Source of the DNA: a virus
Lineage: Duplodnaviria > Caudoviricetes
DNA length: 61,936 nt
Virus record (IMG/VR): IMGVR_UViG_3300031974_003128
Location: 1-61,936 of that record
Direction: 5' to 3' (one strand)
The stretch's first letter is position 1; each line of letters opens with the position of its first letter. Position numbers and translations under genes: made by a program. This document shows, piece after piece, positions 56,163 through 61,936 of the stretch. The notes beneath the pieces are model-generated. The model was given only the letters and a program-made list of their open reading frames with translations. It did no database searches and was not told the origin of the DNA.

Positions 56163-57188
56163 ATGGCAACAACAAAAATAATACCTGAAGTACTTGATTT
56201 AAACTCAGCAACGTCTGATAAAGGTTTAAAAATGCCTAGCGGCACTATCTTTAATAGGCCTACTGGCGTCACAGGTTCTATGAGAAACAATACGAGTGAA
56301 TCTTCAAATGGAGGAGCTTCAGCAATGGAATATTATAATGGAACTGAATGGCAAAAAATTTCTAATGATGCTCCGCCTGTTTTTATGGATTACCTTGTAG
56401 TTGCTGGTGGGGGAACTGGAGGAAGTTATTATAATGGTAATGCTGGTCAAGAAGCTGGAGGTGGGGGTGCAGGAGGAGTGCGTACATCTTATGGTAGTAT
56501 ATCAGGAGGTGGATGTTCAGCAGAAACAATTTTACAAATATTTCCAGGAACATACACAATTACAGTAGGTGCAGGAGGTGCGGTTACTAATACTGAGGCA
56601 AGAAGCGGAAACCCTTCATCTATTGCTGACGCAACAACTACATTAGTATCTTGTACTGGCGGTGGAAGAGGTGGAGGAAATAGGTCATCTACACATCAAG
56701 TAGATTCTCAGGGCGGTGGTTCTGGTGGAGGTGGAGGTTGTGTAAATTTAACAGGAAAAGCTGGAACAGCATGTGAGGGGTTTGCTGGTTCAAATAAAAC
56801 AGGGTCATCTGGTGGTGCTGGAGGTGGAGCAGGAGAAGCTCCAACAAGTTATAATGGAGGAGATGGAATTGAAGTGTCTATAACAGGTACAGCAACATAC
56901 TACGGTGGAGGTGGTGGAGGTTCAGATAATGCTGGAATAGATGTAGGTACTGGAGGTCAAGGTGGAGGTGGTGCTGGAAACGGTGGTTCAGCAACTGCAA
57001 ATACTGGAGGTGGTAGTGGTGGTGCAGCGCCAGGTGCAGTTGCAGCAAGCGGAGGTTCAGGAGTAGTAATATTAAGATTACCTACAAGTAAATACTCTGG
57101 AAACACTACAGGTTCGCCAACTGTAACTACCGATGGAACAGATACAATATTAAAATTTACAGGAAGCGGAACATACGTACATTCATAA
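56163..57188 (+). CDS. glycine-rich fibre/receptor-binding protein 2
   Basis: Same N-module and poly-Gly domain as 54286..55332. Confidence 0.8.
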   Translation: MATTKIIPEVLDLNSATSDKGLKMPSGTIFNRPTGVTGSMRNNTSESSNGGASAMEYYNGTEWQKISNDAPPVFMDYLVVAGGGTGGSYYNGNAGQEAGGGGAGGVRTSYGSISGGGCSAETILQIFPGTYTITVGAGGAVTNTEARSGNPSSIADATTTLVSCTGGGRGGGNRSSTHQVDSQGGGSGGGGGCVNLTGKAGTACEGFAGSNKTGSSGGAGGGAGEAPTSYNGGDGIEVSITGTATYYGGGGGGSDNAGIDVGTGGQGGGGAGNGGSATANTGGGSGGAAPGAVAASGGSGVVILRLPTSKYSGNTTGSPTVTTDGTDTILKFTGSGTYVHS

Positions 57189-57191
57189 ATT

Positions 57192-60100
57192 ATGGCAACA
57201 ACAAAAATTACATCACCGGAATTATTTGACTTAGCAAGTTTAGACTCAGCTTTACAGCTACCTAGTGGTACAACTGCACAAAGACCTACGAGTCCTTCTA
57301 CAGGAGAATGGAGATATAATACGGATGATAACAAAATTGAATTTTATGATGGTGCTGATTGGTTAACTATACAAGACGAAGATATACCACCAGTACCAAG
57401 TGAGAATTTTAGTATTGTTACATACACGGGTAATGGGGGCACACAATCTATTACAGGAGTTGGATTTCAACCAGATTTTGTTTGGATAAAAGATTACAGT
57501 CAAGCAAGGAATCACATTGTATTTGATTCAAATAGAGGGGTTCAAAAAAGACTTCATACTAATACAACTGATACAGAATCAACACTTACAAATGGGTTAA
57601 GTAGTTTTGATGCAGATGGCTTTAGTATAGGAAGTAATGTTAATGTAAATGCGAATGCAGCTGGATATGTGGCGTGGTGTTGGAAAGTGAATGGAGGAAC
57701 AACAGTTACAAACACAGACGGTTCTGTAAACTCTACAGTACAAGTAAATCAAAAAACTGGAACAAGTATAATACAATATTCTGCAAGCGGTAGTGATTTA
57801 ACTTATGGGCACGGTTTAAGCCAAGAACCAAATTTTATTTTAGTAAAAGCTAGAACATGGGCAAGTGCGTGGTTTGCTTGGCATAAAGAATCTGGGGGTG
57901 CTCAGTATGGAGGTTATTTTAATGACACTTCAGCTGTTTCTGCTGGAAATTCACAAGTTGGAACACCTAACGCTACAACCATCGGAGCTAATCACCCTGG
58001 AACAAGAAATAGTGGAGATTATATAGTTTATGCTTTTCATGATGTAGCTGGGTATTCAAAATTTGGTACATATACAGGAAGTAGTACTAACCAATATGCT
58101 AGTGTATTTGTTTCAACAGGATTTAAACCAGCTTTTTTAATTATAAGAAAAGTAACAGGAACAGGTGTTGAATGGGTAATGTTTGACAACAAAAGAGCGA
58201 ATGGAGGATTTCTTGGAGAGTTTCAATTACATAATAGTAGCTCATCTGAACAATATAAAAATAGTGGTAACCCAGCTTATGTATTATTTACTGAAGATGG
58301 TTTTGAAATAAACGGGAATCCACAGTCTGTTAATGGTAATGGTGTGACATATATTTACATGGCATTTGCCGCTGACCCAACTACAACATCTCCTACATTA
58401 TCAGACTCATTTAATATAGTAACTTATAATGGTGATTCAAATACTTATAGAGATATTACAGGGTATGAGTTTGCCCCTACGCTTGTGTGGGCAAAAAACA
58501 GAAACTCTGGTAACTGGCATACATGGAAAGATAGAATAAGAAGTACTACACCATATAGTTTTTTATCTTCTAATCTTAGTGATGCAAGTAATGGTTCTGG
58601 CGCTAATGATGCTATTAGTGAGTTTTTACCAGATGGATGGGAATCTAGTACAAATTGGAATGGTAGCTCTGCTGGTTTGACAAATCAACCAGGTCTTACT
58701 TATGTTGGATGGGGATGGAAAGCTAATAATGATTCAACAACCAGAGATACTTCAGGAACAATACCTGCAATTATAACAGCAAATCAAGCAGCTGGGTTTT
58801 CTATCGTTAAGTATACTGGTACTGGAACAAACTCTCAAACTCTTCCACATGGATTAGGTGCAAAGCCAGATTTTGTTGTTATAAAACAAAGAAACGCAAT
58901 ATCGCAATGGGTTGGATTTACAGACGCTACAGGTACTTTTAGTTTCTTTTATATGAATAGTTCGCAAGCTTTAACAGCTTATCCGTCTATGTCGTGGGAT
59001 GCTACGTATTTAAATTTAAATAGTGGTGGAGACCAAAATGGTGCTGGTGACCAGCACGTTGCATATTTCTTTCGTTCTATAGCAGGTTTTAGTAAAATAG
59101 GAAGTTATACAGGTAATGGCGCAAATCAATCTATAACGGGATTAGGATTCCAACCTGATTATGTTATGATAAAAGGAGCAACAAGTGCTGATAACTGGTT
59201 TGTTAATGATTCTTTAAGAGGCCCTTCTTATACAGTTTATCCAAATTTAGCAAACACTGAAACTAATCCTAGTGCAGACCTTAACTTAACATCATTTGAT
59301 TCAGATGGTTTTTCAGTTTCTAGTTCACCTGGAGTTAATAGAAATGGAGATACATTTATGTATATGGCATTTAAAGCCACAGACCAACCAGCTCAAAGTA
59401 TTGCGGCAGGTGAAATGGCATTTTTAGGAGTTGGTGGTGGAGGAGCAGCAGGTATTTATTATGGGCCAGGTGGAGGTGCAGGAGGTTTAAGAACATCTTA
59501 TGGTACTGTATCTGGTAGAAATTCTGCTCCGGAGTCTAATATAACTTTAGCTGCAGGAACATATACTATAACAGTAGGAGCTGGAGGTGGCCCAAGTCAA
59601 ACTACCGCTACATCTCCGTCATCAAGAAGTGGTGTTAACACAACTATTGCAGGCCCAAGTATGACAACAATAACTTGTAATGGAGGTGGTGGAGGTGCTT
59701 CGGGTGGAGGTGCAGGTACTGCTTTTCTTACAGGGGCAACTGGTGGTTCTGGGGGTGGAGGTTGGACTACTTTTGGTGCAGGTGCTGGGACAGCTAATCA
59801 AGGTTACCAAGGTGGTGATGGAACAAATTTAGGTGGTTACTCTGAAGTTAACGGAGGTGGTGGAGGAGCAGGTCAAGCAGGTGAAACAGGTACTTCAGCA
59901 GTTGGAGCAGGTAATGGAGGTAATGGATTATTAAATACAATTACTGCAAGGATTGCTTATTACGCTGGCGGGGGTGGTGCTGGTGGGCCAGAGTCAGGCG
60001 CTGGTGATGGAACATTCGGAATTGGTGGACTTGGTGGTGGTGGTAACGGTGGATATTCTACACCAGGTTTTGAAAATGGTCAAAACGCAGCTCCTAACAC

Positions 60101-60302
60101 CGGAGGTGGTGGTGGAGGAGGTTCTGCAGGTATTTTAGCAGGTTCAGTAGGAACAAATGGTTTAGGTGGTTCAGGTATTGTTGTTTTAAGAATGAATACA
60201 TCAGATTATTCAGGAACTACAACAGGTTCACCAACCGTAACTACTGACGGAGATTATACAATACTAACATATACAGGTAGTGGAACTTACGTACATTCGT
60301 AA
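57192..60302 (+). CDS. glycine-rich fibre/receptor-binding protein 3 with internal repeated beta modules
   Basis: Repeats of YTGNG..QSITG.GFQPD.V.IK ... SFD.DGFS; C-terminal poly-Gly domain. Confidence 0.8.
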   Translation: MATTKITSPELFDLASLDSALQLPSGTTAQRPTSPSTGEWRYNTDDNKIEFYDGADWLTIQDEDIPPVPSENFSIVTYTGNGGTQSITGVGFQPDFVWIKDYSQARNHIVFDSNRGVQKRLHTNTTDTESTLTNGLSSFDADGFSIGSNVNVNANAAGYVAWCWKVNGGTTVTNTDGSVNSTVQVNQKTGTSIIQYSASGSDLTYGHGLSQEPNFILVKARTWASAWFAWHKESGGAQYGGYFNDTSAVSAGNSQVGTPNATTIGANHPGTRNSGDYIVYAFHDVAGYSKFGTYTGSSTNQYASVFVSTGFKPAFLIIRKVTGTGVEWVMFDNKRANGGFLGEFQLHNSSSSEQYKNSGNPAYVLFTEDGFEINGNPQSVNGNGVTYIYMAFAADPTTTSPTLSDSFNIVTYNGDSNTYRDITGYEFAPTLVWAKNRNSGNWHTWKDRIRSTTPYSFLSSNLSDASNGSGANDAISEFLPDGWESSTNWNGSSAGLTNQPGLTYVGWGWKANNDSTTRDTSGTIPAIITANQAAGFSIVKYTGTGTNSQTLPHGLGAKPDFVVIKQRNAISQWVGFTDATGTFSFFYMNSSQALTAYPSMSWDATYLNLNSGGDQNGAGDQHVAYFFRSIAGFSKIGSYTGNGANQSITGLGFQPDYVMIKGATSADNWFVNDSLRGPSYTVYPNLANTETNPSADLNLTSFDSDGFSVSSSPGVNRNGDTFMYMAFKATDQPAQSIAAGEMAFLGVGGGGAAGIYYGPGGGAGGLRTSYGTVSGRNSAPESNITLAAGTYTITVGAGGGPSQTTATSPSSRSGVNTTIAGPSMTTITCNGGGGGASGGGAGTAFLTGATGGSGGGGWTTFGAGAGTANQGYQGGDGTNLGGYSEVNGGGGGAGQAGETGTSAVGAGNGGNGLLNTITARIAYYAGGGGAGGPESGAGDGTFGIGGLGGGGNGGYSTPGFENGQNAAPNTGGGGGGGSAGILAGSVGTNGLGGSGIVVLRMNTSDYSGTTTGSPTVTTDGDYTILTYTGSGTYVHS

Positions 60303-60333
60303 ATAAAAAAATAGTATTTTTGTAAAAATAATT

Positions 60334-60699
60334 ATGGCACACTTTGCAGAACTTGATGAAAACAATGTAGTATTACAAGTAATTGTTGTACACAACAATG
60401 AGCTCAAAGGAGCTAACGGTGTTGAGTATGAAAACAAAGGCATAGAGTTTTGTAACTCTTTGTTTGGTCATACGAATTGGGTGCAAACCTCTTATAATCA
60501 CAATATGAGAAAACAATTCGCTGGAATAGGTTTTACTTATGATGATGTGAATGATGTTTTTGTAGCGCCACAACCTTATCCTAGTTGGTCTCTTGATGAA
60601 AACCACGATTGGCAAGCTCCTGTAGCAATGCCAGATGATGGTCAGTTGTATGGTTGGAACGAAGAAACGCAAAGCTGGGATTTAATAAATATAGAATAA
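60334..60699 (+). CDS. fibre-associated protein (MAHFAEL family)
   Basis: WVQTSYN..RKQFAGIG.TYD...F..PQPYPSW; TATTTTTG at 60315-60322. Confidence 0.75.
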   Translation: MAHFAELDENNVVLQVIVVHNNELKGANGVEYENKGIEFCNSLFGHTNWVQTSYNHNMRKQFAGIGFTYDDVNDVFVAPQPYPSWSLDENHDWQAPVAMPDDGQLYGWNEETQSWDLINIE

Positions 60700-60703
60700 T
60701 AAT

Positions 60704-60850
60704 ATGAACTTAGATTTCGAACCTACGATACTTGGTGTAGCAGTTTACATAATAACAATCGCAGAAATAAATGCGGTCTTGCAAGGTCTTTTAATAATTG
60801 CTACCTTAGTGTATACGATTATTAAAACGTACCAGTTATTAAAAAAATAA
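60704..60850 (+). CDS. putative holin (48 aa, not in track)
   Basis: Two hydrophobic segments, basic C-terminus, directly upstream of endolysin. Confidence 0.6.
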   Translation: MNLDFEPTILGVAVYIITIAEINAVLQGLLIIATLVYTIIKTYQLLKK

Positions 60851-61299
60851 GTTCACATATCTCCTACAAAGAAGCAGTAAAATCTAATACTGCACTTCGA
60901 CTTAATATCGACAATACTCCTGATGGTTATGCTCTTGCTAATATGGAAGCAATAGCTAAAGAAATATTTGAACCACTTAGAGAGTGGGTAGGAGGCCCAA
61001 TAAAAATAAATTCATTTTACAGATGCCCAGATTTAAATACTGCTATCGGGGGGAGTAAATCATCACAACATTGCCAAGGTAGAGCGATTGACCTGGATGA
61101 TACTTTTGGTCATAAAACAAATGCTGAGATGTATAATTACATAAAACAGAACTTAAACTTTGACCAGCTTATATGGGAGTTTGGTGATAATGATAATCCT
61201 GACTGGGTGCATGTATCATTTGTTAGTAATGAAGAGAATAGAGGAAGGTGCTTAAAAGCATATAAAGAAAATGGAAAATCTAAATACATGGTAATATGA
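60847..61299 (+). CDS. endolysin, peptidase M15A; start unresolved (first ATG 60943)
   Basis: INSFYRC..LN..IGG...SQHCQGRAID, WVHVS; in-frame upstream ISSHISYKEAVKSNTA.RL.IDNTP lacks a canonical start. Confidence 0.85.
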   Translation: MSSHISYKEAVKSNTALRLNIDNTPDGYALANMEAIAKEIFEPLREWVGGPIKINSFYRCPDLNTAIGGSKSSQHCQGRAIDLDDTFGHKTNAEMYNYIKQNLNFDQLIWEFGDNDNPDWVHVSFVSNEENRGRCLKAYKENGKSKYMVI

Positions 61300-61781
61300 G
61301 TAATAAAAAAAAGTTCGGACAAACAACTGTAGGTAAATTATTAAAAGGTGCAGTTGGTTTAATCAACCCAACACTTGGTTCATTAATTCAAGGAGAGATG
61401 AGTGTTGAGGAAGTAATTGCTTCTATTAAAGAATCAGACGCTCCAGTTGAAGATAAAATAAAAGCACAAGAAATGATACTTGAAGCTTATGAAGCTGAAG
61501 TAGCAGACAGAGCATCAGCAAGACAAAGAGAAATTGCAGCTATCCAATCTGGTTCTAATGATAGTTTATTTAAAACAGTTGGATGGGGTATTACACTTTC
61601 TTTTGTTGCAGTTGTAGCAGGAGCTATTGGTGTATGGCAAATACCAGAGGAATCTCAAAGATTATTTGATATGGGGTTCGGTGCAGTAGTTGCAGCATTT
61701 ACACAGGTTATTGGTTATTACTTTGGAAGTTCAGCTGGTTCAAAACAAAAAACAGATTTAATAAGTAAAAGTGGCTCGTAA
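61296..61781 (+). CDS. holin-like membrane protein
   Basis: DRASAR.RE followed by two TM helices and YYFGSS.GS; follows endolysin. Confidence 0.65.
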   Translation: MSNKKKFGQTTVGKLLKGAVGLINPTLGSLIQGEMSVEEVIASIKESDAPVEDKIKAQEMILEAYEAEVADRASARQREIAAIQSGSNDSLFKTVGWGITLSFVAVVAGAIGVWQIPEESQRLFDMGFGAVVAAFTQVIGYYFGSSAGSKQKTDLISKSGS

Positions 61782-61905
61782 CGTTTCCTTTGTTCATTTA
61801 GTAAAACCTAAAAAAAGAAGACCTGGTGTTCACGCCAAAACTAAATCTTCTAAACTTACATCTTCTAAAAATTACCTTAAAAGATATAGAGGTCAAGGCA
61901 GGTAA
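61771..61905 (+). CDS. small basic protein (44 aa) spanning the circular junction
   Basis: GTG start; KPKKRRPGVHAKTKSSK...YRGQGR. Confidence 0.6.
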   Translation: MARNVSFVHLVKPKKRRPGVHAKTKSSKLTSSKNYLKRYRGQGR

Positions 61906-61936
61906 ATAATTTATATCTTTGTATTAATTAAATTTA
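61846..61936. repeat. 91-bp terminal direct repeat, right copy
   Basis: Identical to 1-91. Confidence 0.95.

Noticed and set aside
57060-60302. Diversity-generating retroelement (similar 3' ends of two fibre genes)
   Set aside because: No reverse transcriptase seen; both copies are coding and differences are not confined to adenines
54286-60302. Gly-rich fibres as collagen-like P4H substrates
   Set aside because: They are poly-Gly runs, not Gly-X-Y triplets, and contain little Pro
1-61936. tRNA genes, integrase, stop-codon reassignment
   Set aside because: No cloverleaf or recombinase motifs noticed by eye; genes tile densely under the standard code. tRNAscan-SE would be needed to exclude tRNAs

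Overview
This window is most likely a complete, circularly assembled dsDNA phage genome of about 61,845 bp (positions 1-91 are repeated exactly at 61846-61936). It is AT-rich, has podovirus-like gene content, and carries TAnnTTTG promoter elements upstream of many operons, which points to a Bacteroidota (probably marine Flavobacteriia) host. The + strand arm (46115 through the junction to 31949) holds GroEL/GroES, small basic proteins, glycine-rich tail fibres, lysis genes, terminase, portal, scaffold, major capsid, tail and ejection proteins. The - strand arm (45711 to 31950) holds small early genes and recombination/replication genes. I recognised no family A/B DNA polymerase, RNA polymerase, integrase or tRNA. 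The most striking element is a four-gene cassette (18428-22382): a tandem prolyl-4-hydroxylase/2OG oxygenase, an NDP-glucose 4,6-dehydratase, a putative glycosyltransferase, and a protein resembling plant hydroxyproline O-arabinosyltransferases. It sits between two apparent halves of the tail stabilisation gene, both carrying long Pro-Thr/Pro-Val/Ser-Pro repeats, suggesting phage-encoded extensin-like hydroxyproline O-glycosylation of the virion. Other notable items are an overprinted gene inside the large ejection protein, a 28-aa CDGSH Fe-S peptide before groEL, a tandem-GroES protein, a start-less endolysin N-terminus reachable by -1 frameshift from a holin-like ORF, and an iteron-like origin. 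All family assignments come from motif recognition by eye; no database searches were run.
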